Source: Entomortierella parvispora E1425 (Eukaryota; Fungi; Mortierellomycota). From it: 64,000 bases of DNA. The first letter of the stretch is position 1. Each line of letters starts with the position of its first letter. Position numbers and translations under genes: made by a program. Location of the stretch: contig BQFW01000002.1 of the NCBI GenBank assembly GCA_020891255.1, forward strand, positions 1,860,001 to 1,924,000, given 5' to 3'. The notes beneath the pieces were generated by a model. That model worked only from the letters and a program-made list of their open reading frames with translations, did no database searches and had not been told where the DNA came from. Below, piece by piece: positions 46,790 through 58,841 of this stretch.

Positions 46790-47410
46790 CAATATGCCTT
46801 CAAAATCCCAACCATTGATTCTATGAGGGGCTTGATCCATTTCGTCAACCCGTTTTGGGCATAGGCGTGTTCTTGGTGGGCAGCCTTCAAGAACCAGTCC
46901 TTGGCTCTGCGGTAGTCCTGGGGAGCACCTTTGCTATCGCGGTTCATTACGCCAACGTTATATTGGGCATTGGCGTTTCCCTGCTGAGCAGCTAGCAAGA
47001 ACCACTCCATAGTAATCTTGGGGAACACCTTCACCATCAAGGTACAATGCACCAACGTTGGACTGAGAATCGGCGTCTTCTTGCTCCGCGGCTTTCAAAA
47101 ATCACCGCAAGGCCTTCTGGTAGTCTTGGGAACACCATTGCCATTGAGATATATTCCACCGATGATATTCTGGATGACTCTGTGTCCTTGCTTGGCAGCT
47201 TTCAAATACCATTCCATTATGGAACGCCGTCATCGCACTCATACATGCGGCCTACACTGTTCAGGGTAATTGGTTGCCCTTCTTCAGCTAGACCGTTCAA
47301 ACTGGCGCTACCTGAGTTCATTCAGCTGTTCCAGGAGGATATGGCCATGATCTGTCTTGTCAAGCTCCTGAGCCTGCACTTTCTTGACATTGGTCGGAAT
47401 AGCTGTCATA
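46790..47410 (-). pseudogene. Degenerate Sel1-like repeat gene
   Basis: Successive Sel1 units in shifting frames: LAEEGQPITLNSVGRMYECDDGVP / MEWYLKAAKQGHRVIQNIIGGIYLNGNGVP / QDYQKALR*FLKAAEQEDADSQSNVGALYLDGEGVPQDY / MEWFLLAAQQGNANAQYNVGVM..GAPQDYRRAKDWFLKAAHQEHAYAQN. In-frame TGA at 47104-47102 at the conserved Trp position. Confidence 0.85.
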
Positions 47411-48485
47411 GTCTACTCCATGAGTCGTCCTTGGTGAGTATGGTGCTGCACAATAAAGAAGGGCGGGACTGGGCAGTGATATGAAGTTTCTTTGGATGTG
47501 GAAAGAGTAAAGAGGGTGGGAAATTGAGTAGAAAGAAAAGCAGAGTGGGATGGAAAATGAGAAAAACGAGGTGGGTGGGTGGGGACAAAAACTTTGCCAT
47601 CAGTCGCATGGTTCCACGAAAGAAAAAAGTCAAGGAACAGATATAAAAACAAGATCGCTGGCACCAACGCTCGATGTCCTCAACGATGAGAACGAGCCCT
47701 GCGCAGTCTTGCAGCCGACATCCAGGGGCCTATATCTGCTGTCGAGTGGTCGAGCAGGAGAGTAGCGAGGATGCCTCGTCTGTTGCTCTAGACTGGGAGA
47801 CCGTTTTCTCCAAGAAATTAGATTTCGCCCATCATTGCGCCTCACAGCGCGACCATTGCTCATGAAGAGTGGCTGCACTGTACTCTCTCCATTGGATTGG
47901 CCAAGGTAAGACATGATGGGGTGGGTGTGTTGCTGGAGGACAACAAGACAAGGATGAAAGGAAGAAGGATGCAAGTGAGAGAAGAGAGTAGAGATACAGT
48001 AAGAAAGAGAGCCGCCAACATATTAAAAAGAAAAAAAGAAAGAAAAAAAAAAGAAAAAAAGAAAGAAAAAAAAAAAAAAAAAACTCGGCAATTCGGTTGT
48101 CCCTTCTCCACTCCACGCCACGTTTTCGATTCGCCTTCATCCCATCCCATTATCGTTATTCCAACCATTCAGACTTCCCTTCTTTGTCTCTTCTGTCCAC
48201 CTGCCACAGCCCTTGTTTCCTTTCTGTCTTGTCTCTTTTTTCCTTCTCTTTTCCTTCTTGTTGTTTGTTCTCTCTTTCCTCTTTTCTCTTTTCTCTTTTC
48301 TCTTTTCTCTTTTCAGTCGACTCCTTGCCCCACAGCCGCTGTCCCTCTCTTCCTCTCTTCCTCTCTTCCTCTCTTCCTCTCTTCCTGTCTTGCCTCCTTG
48401 TTCCATTCCTGTCCTGTTACACATCCTCTCCCCTCTCTTCCCATAACGTCCGGTTCAATCAGGACCTGTGCACTACTTTTTCACC

Positions 48486-50384
48486 ATGAATCACATGGAG
48501 GACAACAACGCAAATGCCCATGCCGTCTCGCCTGGGCACATCACCAACCCTCTAATCATCATCCATGTCACTTGCATGGTCACTGCCTACGGTGTCCTCA
48601 TGCCCATTGGCATCATGGCAAGTCTACTTTCTCTCTTCTATTTCTTCCTCTCCTTTGAGACACTTTTTCGCTCCGTCTCGGAGAATAGAACGGTGCTCCT
48701 CCACGCCTCAAACAGGTCCGAACAGGGAAGAACTAAACAGGTCAACCTCTTTTTTTTTTCCTTTCCCACAATTGCTCTTGCATCCGCAAAATAGCTCGGA
48801 ATCCGGCGCCACAAGGTCCATATCCCGCTTATGACCGCAGCCGTGATCGTGGCACTAGCAGGATACTTCTTTGGCTACTTTCACCATCTCTTTGGCATAG
48901 GCGAGGGAGTCCATGACGAGGACGGCGGTCACGAAGAGGCCGCGGGCGGAGATATGGCTGGAATGCCCGGCATGCGCAAGCGACAGGTGGGTGATACTTC
49001 GGCCGAGCACTATGGCTGGGCCTGGAAGATCACGGCCCACGGAGCCATGGCCAACTTGATGCTCCTCTTGCTTTTTGTTCAGGTCGGCATGGGTGTCTAC
49101 CGCAAGTTTACAAAGGGCAGACCAAGACTTCAATTCAAATGGCTTTCGGGATCTGTTCCTCGCAAGGTGCACTCATACCTGGGCAAGGCCCACTTGGTGA
49201 TGGCCTATATCCAGATGGTCCTCGGCTGTATTCTGTTGATTGAGGCCTGCCCCGGCCAGTACTTTGGTCAATGCATTTCTCATATCGTCATGGTGTGTAT
49301 TACGGCGCTGAGGGGAAGGATTATCACTCTGCTCTTGGTAAATTGAAGGCTGTGTTGGATGCTAACGGCACAGTGTGTTTCTATTTCCGGTTTGATAGGG
49401 CGGCTCTTTCTGGTGGTACGGTGGCATCTACATTGCCTACCTCGTGGGATCTTTCCCAGGCGTCTCGCGTCCGGAGTGGTACGAGTCCCTTATTATGACC
49501 GTGTGGGGAGTGATCAACTTTTCCATTCTTCATCAATGGGGTACCCGCTGGTCCCATGCTGTAAGTACCGTCTTGCCTTTCTATTGAATCGGGGGTTTGG
49601 ATTCTCGAATGCTGACATCTAGACCTTTTGACTCTTTTGATAATAGGATTTGCAACACACCTCGTTGGGATTACTCTGGGTTGGTGGCGGTGCTCTCTCG
49701 TTGATGCTCGAGTCAAAGTTCAACCCATTGGCACAGTTCATCATTCGCAAGAACCCCATCCCTGCACTGTTGATCATTTTGACAGGATACGCCATGGGGC
49801 AGCACGCTCAGTACTACATGTTTGCCACTATGGTTCACACCTTCTTTGGATACTGTCTCATGTTGGGAGGCGTATGTCGTTTGATCCAGCTTGCTCTTCG
49901 CCCCGCAGTCTCGCCCATGGGATCATCAAAATCCACGACGAGTGCCGAGGATGACGACGACACGACCACATTGGAGGATGAAGACTTGCAGGACAAGGCC
50001 AACTCTCGATCCAGGCCTCAGAACTTGCCTGGTCTTGCCAATGGCGAGACACCCGTGTCAGCATTCTTTGGATTTTTATCTGCATTGGGCCTGGTGTCTG
50101 CAGGATTGCTGTTCCAGTCTGCGCACGAGGAGCAACTCAACATCATGATGTACTACCTCACGGATGCCAGCACATACATCAACTGGATCATGTCGTTCTC
50201 GTTCTTTTGCATCACCTACATGTTGTTCATTACCCAGATTGGCAAGAAGAGGATCGGAGAGCAGAGCTCGACTTCGAAAGCCTACAACCGTCTCCGAACA
50301 CATGTAAATTCAGAGGATAGAACGAGTCGGCAATTGAGCAGCCATGACATTGAGATGAGTGGGTTCCTGGATGTGGACGAGTAG
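48486..50384 (+). CDS. YTP1-like multi-pass membrane protein
   Basis: IHVTCMVTAYGVLMPIGIM, AHGAMANLMLL, HSYLGKAHLVMAYIQMVLG, GQCISHIVMGGSFWWYG, LQHTSLGLLWVGGG, NPIPALLIILTGYAMGQHAQ, VHTFFGYCLMLGGVCR. Several introns. Confidence 0.75.
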
Positions 50385-50770
50385 CGTGCTCTTTCCACTT
50401 GGCTTCTCATTTTCATTTATATATAATATACACGGTCTGCACTCAAGAAGCAGCAAAAAAAATATATATCTATCACTATATCACTATTCTACCATTGAAA
50501 TCATTGAATGCAAAGCACCTGTGCCTGTACTTGAAAAAGGGAGATCTACCGTCTGCACAAGTGCGGGAAGGGAACAAACAGACGTCGCGAATGAACGAAA
50601 AAATGAAAAAAGAAAAATAGAGAAAAAGAAATCGCCGATTTGTCGTCCACTCTCGGTCCCACACTCATCTGCAATTGACTCACACACACAGGTCTATGAC
50701 TGTTTGATAGTTAAAGGCGCTTGTCTCTCATTGTCTCCATTCCTTCAGTCCTCTTCTCTTTCTCTTTTGC

Positions 50771-50811
50771 TTCTTCTTCTTCTTCTTCTTCTTCTTCTTC
50801 TTCTTCTTCTT
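50771..50811. repeat. (TTC)n microsatellite upstream of THR1
   Basis: About 13 consecutive TTC units. Confidence 0.85.
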
Positions 50812-50916
50812 CCTTTCCCACTTCTCCATTGCACAGCCTCATCTCATTCTCATTCCACCTTACCTCCTGTACTGCATTCTCTCTTCTTGTTCGCTTCCTC
50901 TCTCCTCATCGACGCA

Positions 50917-52265
50917 ATGACCACTCAGACAAAGTTCAAGATCACCGTCCCAGCCACCTCTGCCAATATTGGCCCTGGCTTTGATGTTCTGGGCATGGCT
51001 TTCTCTCTCTACCTCACCCTCGACTGCGAACGACTCCCTGCCGGATCTGCCTTGCAAATGAGCTACGAGGGCGAGGGTGCCAAGGATGTGCCTCTGATCG
51101 CTGAAAAGAACTTGATCACAAAGACTGCCCTCTATGTTCTCTCGACCTACGGCATCACTTCTTTGCCCCCACTCAAGATCCATGTCACCAACCCTATCCC
51201 TCTCGGTCGTGGACTGGGTTCCTCTGGATCTGCTGTTGTGGCCGGAATCTTGTTGGCCAATGCGGCTGGAGAATTGAACATGTCCAAGGATCGTATGCTG
51301 GATTACTGTCTGATGGTCGAGCGTCACCCCGATAACGTTGCGCCTGCCCTCTTTGGTGGTTTCGTTGCCAGTTTCTTGAGAGAGTTGGAGCCAGAGGAGC
51401 TTGAGCCTTCCAGTATCCCTCGATCGGAACCCACCCGCAATGGTGCAGCTCAACCACCCACACCTACGGTCGACATTGGGCATTATATCCAGTTGGGATG
51501 GAACCAGGATATCAAGGCGGTTGCAATCATTCCTGACTTTGAGGTGGCGACTGAGGATGCTCGCGCGGTGTTGCCCGACATGTACGAGCGTGCGGACGTG
51601 GTAGGTTCCCCTCCTGCAGACACCCCCCTTTTGCCCGCAATGCCTTCAGAAAAAGTAGAAAGTTGGACTGCTGGACTGCTCTCAATTGTGTGATCCAATT
51701 TTCCTAGGACGATAGATCGGAACAGTGATTCATGGCGGGATAAGGAAAGAACCATTGAAGGACTGATATTGACTGCGATATCCTATCTCTATCCTCATTA
51801 GATCTACAACTTGCAGCGTATTGCTGTCTTGACCACAGCCTTGTCTCGCTCGCCCGTCAATGCTGATCTGATCCACAAGGCTATGAGCGACAAGGTCCAC
51901 CAGCCATACAGAAAGCACTTGGTAAACTAGACGACTTTTTTTTCTCAATTGCGTTCGCAGAGCCTGTTCTCGATCACACCCACGGAGATCTAACCCGTTA
52001 TTCACCCTCTACCTGACAAACAACCAAATAGATCCCTGGAATGTCAGAGATGTTGGAGCAGATCACACCAAAAACCGTTCCTGGAGTGGTCGGTATTTGC
52101 CTCAGTGGTGCAGGACCCACCATTTTGGTATTAGCGACCGAGAACTTTGACCAGATTGCAGCCTCTGTACAGGAGATCTTTGCACGCCAACCCAACGGTG
52201 GTATCAAGAGCATGTACAAGGTGCTGGACGTGGTCAACGACGGTGCGCAAACGGTCTACCATTAG
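50917..52265 (+). CDS. THR1: Homoserine kinase (GHMP family)
   Basis: VPATSANIGPGFDVLGMA, NPIPLGRGLGSSGSA, ERHPDNVAPALFGG, CLSGAGPTIL. Two introns. Confidence 0.95.
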
Positions 52266-52459
52266 AAAGTGAAGATTATCTTTAGACCTCCACTTAGAAT
52301 AAAAAATAAAAAATTAACTTAGATATTCACGCACAAGTATTCCGAATCATCGCACGAGTTAACTCGATCCACAAACAAAAAAAAACACCATTGAATTCAA
52401 GGTACATTCGAATCTCCTTCACCGTAATCCTTCTTTCTCTCCCCAACCGCACATTCACC

Positions 52460-53761
52460 ATGGTCATGGACTTCCTCCTCCCCTCGCCCCCCAAGTCTTG
52501 GTCTGCTGACAAGACCTCGGCCTTCCACGCCAAGATCACCGCCCCCACCAAGGCCTCGATCCAGCCCGCCGGTCGTCACTTCCTCGCCCATGCCCGCCGT
52601 CACATTCACATGCGTACCTTCTCTGAGGACGAGAAGCACGTTTCCGAGGCCGAGGCAGCCGCCAAGAACGCCGCCGGTGCTGAGGAGAACGACGATGATC
52701 TCGGAGACGAGGCCGAGGATGCCGCCATGTTGAAGCGCGACCCCAAGGACTGGAAGGATCAGGATCAGTACGCTGTCTTGGGCTTGAGCCACCTTCGCTA
52801 CAAGGCCACCGAGGACCAGATCCGCCGTGCTCACCGTCGCAAGGTCTTGAAGCACCACCCCGATAAGAAGGCCGCCCACGGTGGTCTCCATGACGATGGT
52901 TTCTTCAAGTGCATCCAGAAGGCCTTCGAGACCCTCATGGACCCCGTCAAGCGTCGTCAGTGGGACTCTGTTGACCCCAACATCCCCGATGAGATCCCCA
53001 ACGCCAAGTCCAAGGCCGACTTCTACAAGCAGTACGCTCCCGTCTTTGAGCGCGAGTCCCGCTTCTCCAACACCCAGCCCGTCCCCCAATTGGGCAATGC
53101 TCAGTCGACCCAGGAGGCCGTCGAGTCCTTCTACGATTTCTGGTACAAGTTTGATTCGTGGAGAACCTTTGAGTGGATGGACAAGGAGGATGGTGAGGGC
53201 CACGATTCCCGTGATGACAAGAGATACTTTGAGAAGAAGAACAAGGCTGAGCGTGCCAAGCTGAAGAAGGAGGACAACGCTCGTCTTCGTGAGATTGTTG
53301 ACCAGGCTCTTTCCCTCGACCCCCGTATCAAGTTGTTCAAGGAGGCTGCCAACAAGCAGAGAAACGCCAAGCGTCTCGAGAAGGAGGCTGCTGAGAAGAA
53401 GGCTGCTGAGGAGGCCGCTGCTGCCGCCGCCGCTGCCGAGGCTGCCAAGATTGCTGCTGAGGAGGCCGAGAAGGCTGCCCGTGAGGATGGCAAGAAGAAC
53501 AAGGAGTTGTTGAAGCGTGCTGTCCGCAAGGAGAAGAAGAACTTGAAGGCTTTGATCAAGGACAACAACTACTTCTTGCCTGCTGGTGAGACTGCTGGCC
53601 CCGTCGAGGTCGAGAAGCAGCTCGAGTTGTTGGATGCCCTCTTGGACGGTGCCAAGGGCTTGGAGCAGCTGGAGAGCGTCCGCAAGACCCTCGAGGATGG
53701 TGTCAAGAACGGTAACATTGCCGAGGTCTTCAAGGCCGAGGTTGCCAAGCGCTCTGCTTAA
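52460..53761 (+). CDS. ZUO1: Zuotin (ribosome-associated J protein)
   Basis: AGRHFLAHARR, DWKDQDQYAVLGL, KHHPDKK, FYDFWYKFDSWRTFEWMD, LSLDPRIKLFKE; intronless with strong codon bias. Confidence 0.95.
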   Translation: MVMDFLLPSPPKSWSADKTSAFHAKITAPTKASIQPAGRHFLAHARRHIHMRTFSEDEKHVSEAEAAAKNAAGAEENDDDLGDEAEDAAMLKRDPKDWKDQDQYAVLGLSHLRYKATEDQIRRAHRRKVLKHHPDKKAAHGGLHDDGFFKCIQKAFETLMDPVKRRQWDSVDPNIPDEIPNAKSKADFYKQYAPVFERESRFSNTQPVPQLGNAQSTQEAVESFYDFWYKFDSWRTFEWMDKEDGEGHDSRDDKRYFEKKNKAERAKLKKEDNARLREIVDQALSLDPRIKLFKEAANKQRNAKRLEKEAAEKKAAEEAAAAAAAAEAAKIAAEEAEKAAREDGKKNKELLKRAVRKEKKNLKALIKDNNYFLPAGETAGPVEVEKQLELLDALLDGAKGLEQLESVRKTLEDGVKNGNIAEVFKAEVAKRSA

Positions 53762-54177
53762 ATTAATGATCTTTTCAAGAGATCGAAAAAAAGATGTCCC
53801 TAACTACATCTTGTCATAATAATAAAACAAACCCATACCTCATGTAAATACGCTTTTTTCTTTTTCTTTTTTGTTGTACAAAAGGCCGACCTCTTGTTTG
53901 CAATTGACGCTGCCCGTGATCTTGAGAAGAAGTAGTATACGCATCAGGGTTCAGACAGCATTTGATCGAAAAGATGAAGAAGAAGAAAGAAAGGACAGAT
54001 CGATAGCAACATTAGATCTCTGAGTTGTATTCCACGAAAAGAGGGCCGCATGGCGCCATTTGTGGTCTGGAATGGGTGCCTGGCGATCCTTTCAAAATTA
54101 ATTCGATTTCTTTTTTTTTTACTTTTCCTCCTCTCTTTCTCAACGACCGACACTTCTTTTTTTGCCCTCTTTCTCCC

Positions 54178-55842
54178 ATGACAACCGAGCCTCAGACATC
54201 CACCCTTCGCAGGCGAGGCGGGGATGCCGCCGAGACCACAGATTCTGCCTCTTCAAAGCTGGACAAGCCAAAGACCAGGACACCTCAGGAGCTCATGACA
54301 AAGTTTCCTGATGTCAAACCCATTCTTCCTTCCACCGCCATCACCGAAGCGGACCCATCGCATGAACGGACAAAAACGGCCCAAACAGCTTCCACATTGC
54401 CATCATCCAACAACAGCAGCAGGAGTGTGGGTGGCACGGTCTTGCATTACCTGGCGAAACCCTTTTCATTCCTGGTCTTTGTGCTGATCCATCTCTGTCT
54501 CGAGATCATGACCAGTGCTCGGACCATGAAGACGATGGTTCAGGTCTTTTTCTTGCCTCATCTCTTTCCCGCCTCACCTGAATTGGTGCGTATCCTCCGA
54601 AAGGACCTGGGACAACCAGGGTCCGCCAACAACGACCACAACGACGACCACAACAACAGCCGTCATGGAACAAAGATCTCGCCAGCACCTTTGCTAGCCA
54701 AGCTTCCAAAGCACCTGGCCGTGATCCTCCCCGCGGATTCAACTTCTGACGACCATGAAGAGGAATGGCATGAGACCGTGGCGCAGTTGGCTCAATGGTC
54801 TGTCGCCAGTGGGATCAAGTGTTTGTCCGTCATGAGAAACGACCGTAAGTTGTTTTAAGAAAGCCTGCCTTTCATTTTGATCCGCACGGCCCGGAAAGAC
54901 GTGGCAAGCTAAGAAATGTCAAAGAGAGCCTATTTCTTTTTTTTTTCTCGTTCCCTGGAGGATTGACATATGATTTTTCTCTATTTTTTTTTTTTTTTTT
55001 TTTTTTTTTGGCCCTTCTATAGCTCTTTCTCCGCCTTTGGTTCAATACTTGCAGGAGAGGATCAATGATGAGATGGCAGAGTTTTACAAGGAGGAACCCA
55101 GGTCTGTTCCTGTGGCTTTGGTCAGGACTTTGAGCCCTGTAGACGGAGGCGTACATGGTTTGGTCCTATCTAGCAATGGCTCCAGTCGCCTCGTCCATCA
55201 CGGTGGCAAGCCCTATGGTAAGAGGCAGATTCCATGAGAAAGAGGAAAGAAAAGACAAAGAGATAGTAGAGGCAAATATTCTAACGCTCTTCTCCCCATA
55301 GATCTCGATATTGTCATCCTTTCGGAAGCAGATGGACATGATCGATTGGCGGAACATGCCAAGGTATTGGCACAGGCTGCTTTGGAAAACAAAATCGAGA
55401 GTCAGGATATCAGTGTAAACTTTCTGGACAAGCAATTGACGGGTGAGTTGGATCTTTTTTTTTTTTTTTGTTCCCCCCCTCTTTCTTCATTCAGAGCTCA
55501 TAAACTAACAATGACAACTCTTCCTTTTCATATTCAGCCGAGCTCTCGGAACCAGAACTGTTGATAATCTACAAGGATGACTTGGAATTGAGCAGCTATC
55601 CACCATGGCACACCCGGTTGACCGAAATCTAGTAAGTTTTGGCCAACTAGCCTTCATTAGAAGGGCGAATTGCAAATCTAAGGGAGAAGAAAAATTTCTA
55701 AACGCGACCCTGCTCTCTCTTTTTTCTGTGCTGGTCACTTCTTCATAGTCATCATCCTGATCAAGCCGTGATTCCAAAATATACCATGTTCTTGCAGGCA
55801 CTACATCGCTATGCCAAATGCGAACAGCGCTTTGGAAAATAA
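54178..55842 (+). CDS. NUS1: Dehydrodolichyl diphosphate synthase subunit Nus1/NgBR
   Basis: TM segment, LPKHLAVIL, LAQWSVASGIKCLSV, PELLIIYKDDLELSSYPPWHTRLTEI, terminal ALHRYAKCEQRFGK* carrying the RxG motif. Confidence 0.88.
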
Positions 55843-55933
55843 ATCAAAATGTATATGTCTTTTTTTTCAAGCTGTGCTCGGGTATTTATTGACTCCACGT
55901 ATATACATATACCCCGATACCCAGGACATTGGC

Positions 55934-57458
55934 TCATGGCTCATCAAGTTCCTCCGACTCCAAGAGATTTCTAGGACGCCAAACTGGTTCATGAAAGAAT
56001 TAGAAAGAGAAGACGGAGGAGTCGTTGCTCATGCTATCCCTAGACCAGGTACGTCAAAGAACAAAGAAAGTATCTCACCTTGAATGCATCCATGGTCATT
56101 GGGCTGGCTCGCATTGGGAGAACCAGGAGCGACCGTCGCGATCACATTCTCAATATGAGGACACCAATCAAAGTCAGAGAAGGCCAGTCTAAACAAAAAG
56201 AAGGCAAGAATCAAAAATCTGGCATTTCTAGTGAATCGAATACGACAACAACACAAAAAAACACACGATTGAACGTACAGGCTGGCATCATGTACGAATA
56301 ACTTTTCCGGCTGTCTTGAATTCCAAAGGTTGATCTCACCGTGTTCTTCCGAGCTGTTGAACTTCCAGAGACTTAATTGGCCACCTCCTCCAAGATATGC
56401 AACCACATCTTTGTGGTGAGGAGACCATTTCGCCTTCCGTATGGACTGATTACTCCTGCTGATGGTAAAGTGTTTTGCGTAAAACTGTAGTGATGAAGAG
56501 AGTTGGAAAAGGGTCATGGATTAAAAAAAAAAAAAAAAAAAAAAAAGGAAAGAAAAAAACTCAAACGCACATCACTACTCATCTTCCGTCGGTCCCAAAT
56601 ACGGAAAGAACTCGGACTGACAGTCAAGAACTCGTGCTCGCGATGAGGGCTCCACTCAACTCCATGGATCGGTTCCCAAAAGGTCGGGGACGGGTTAGGT
56701 CTGCTCCTATGGTTAGGCAGAACACAAGAGAAAGTGGTGGAAACACACTGATCCAGGGTGGCCCGCACATCGTAGAGAGCGATCTGAGCATTTTCGTCTG
56801 AACCCACCAACATCAGTGGCTCAAACTCATGCCGCGAAATACAGGAGCTTGAGAAGCTATTCTTTTGATCAACCCGTATTGTCGTATCGCTCTTGAGGTT
56901 TACCGTAGCTACAGGCAATAAAACCATGTTAAAATAAAGAATAGGCAACGCCAGCGATGCAACGACACTTTTTCTCGGGAGTTACCAGTCGCTTGAGTAG
57001 AGCCAACGGAGTTCGTTAAATCGTATGATTGGATTGTACCGGTTCTATCCACGCTACAAACCGCCATTCTTTTGACATCAAACCACAGGCGCTCCTCTGG
57101 ATCTGGGTTACGGTTTGTCAATCTAGTAGAAGGGATTCACTTGTTGAGTATATTATACGTCAGGGGATCGGTGAGCGAGAAAAGTACATGGCTTACTTAG
57201 CTACTGCCACCTTGGCCGCCTCCCCATTTTCTTTCATGTCCCACACCATCAGTCCTTGACTCTGTATATTGGTGACCAAATGACCAGATTCCAAGCACCT
57301 ATTGTCGAATAACTGCTGAGTTAGTGCTGCTTAAAAAGTGGCTTCTAGCGTACCTGTGAATGCCACGAGCCTTACTTCATTGCTAAAACTTGCCCCCTCA
57401 TTCCTATATTTACGCCCTCTGTAAAGGCCTAGAAAACATTTCGATTATTATTATTGTT

Positions 57459-57508
<50 letters not shown>

Positions 57509-58513
57509 TGTTGTTGTTGTTGTTGTTGTTGTTACTTGTAAAGCGTGTATTTGGTATTTGGGACAACCAGAGTGGCTTACGGGTCACTTACACTACCCAC
57601 TTCGCCTAGTGTCGTTCGATCGCGCAGGGTCAGCATTTCCTTTGCACTTTCTCTGTCCCCATACCGCCTCATCTCCACCGTAAGACATGAGGCCACGGGG
57701 CAACTTTTTTGGGTCTCGACGGAGCTATATGTAGAGCCTATTGAAAAGATAAATGAATACACTTTTTTTTTAGTTTTTATGAAAACCTCTACGCTTCAAA
57801 ACCAAAAAGACCTGCCCAATGAAGAAAAATAAAAAAACTGATCAGAATAGCTGATCCCTTACCGTAATGTAGCCGTGCGGTCGAAACATCCAGAGAAGAC
57901 CCCCAGGCCAGGGTCGAGACCGAGAGCGGGTGCGTAGTCAGGTTGTAGAGGGTCTCGTAAGCCACAAAGGCGGTGTCACAGACCAACTTCATGTTTATAT
58001 TCATGCGGTTGAATGTCAGTTCTCCTGGATGCAACAAGTACTTGTTGCCGCCTTTCCTGATATTGCTTTCTTGCACAGCCTTGCGCTGTCCCTCTGGATT
58101 TGTCGCAGCCTCCGTTTTCATCATAGCCTTCCGAAAGCTCTTTGGACCATCAAGGGTTTGGCGAGCCGGAACCATAGGAACCACAGTAGCCTCCTAAAGT
58201 TTTGGGGACATTGCGCCACCAATTTCAAAGAGTTAAAAAATAAAAAAATACGAAAATAGGAACATAACGTCTTGACCAAGCAAAGGTACAGGTATGCAAA
58301 CGCTACCTTGACTTCGTGCACGACCTGAAAATTTCTGGAGGGGTCAGCAACGTTGGTAGGAACACCAATGACATTTCCTTTGGGCACAGCAATGGGGGTG
58401 CCCTTGGGGATAGCAATGGGAGTGCCTTTGGGAATGCCGATGGGGTGTCCGGCGGGAGGTGGGAAGGGACCTCCTCTGTAGCGCTTGTGGTTTGAATGAG
58501 GACGAGGAGGCAT
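55934..58513 (-). CDS. WD40 repeat protein, RBBP4/MSI1/Rrb1-like C-terminus
   Basis: IALYDVRA, IHGVEWSPHREHEFLT, KAKWSPHHKDVVAYLGGGGQLSLWK, SDFDWCPHIENVIATVA...CIQVWRPRNLLE. About 7 introns; subfamily uncertain. Confidence 0.7.
57445..57534. repeat. Compound trinucleotide microsatellite (ATT)n(TAG)n(TTG)n in a WD40-gene intron
   Basis: Directly visible runs. Confidence 0.9.
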
Positions 58514-58841
58514 TGGAGCGGAATGAAGGCAGGCCAGCAAGAGGTGAGAGACGGATCAGCTTGCAGGAGGCATGCATGCATCGAACAGAGCAATGGAGAA
58601 AGGAGAATGTAAGAAAGGCCAAAGGCTTCGCCCTTTCCTGGCTCGCTTGGTGACTGTCCTTTGGAAGGACATGCGCGCCGGGGGAAGGTGAAGGGGGGAC
58701 ACGCACGCTCTGTGTTGTCCAAAGAGATTCACTCCTCCCTTCCTTCCTTCCTTCCTTCTTGCATCACTGCCATCCTTGCTCCATTACACCACATCGACTG
58801 ACTGACTGCCTGACTGCCTGACTGACTGACTGACCGACTCA

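Noticed and set aside
47630-47974. 114-aa minus ORF next to the Sel1 relic
   Set aside because: No recognisable motif, splice support or coding bias.
52397-53203. 268-aa antisense ORF over ZUO1 (similarly 33707-34723, 37283-38299, 60726-61715)
   Set aside because: Expected shadow ORFs from strong codon bias on the sense strand; no independent motifs.
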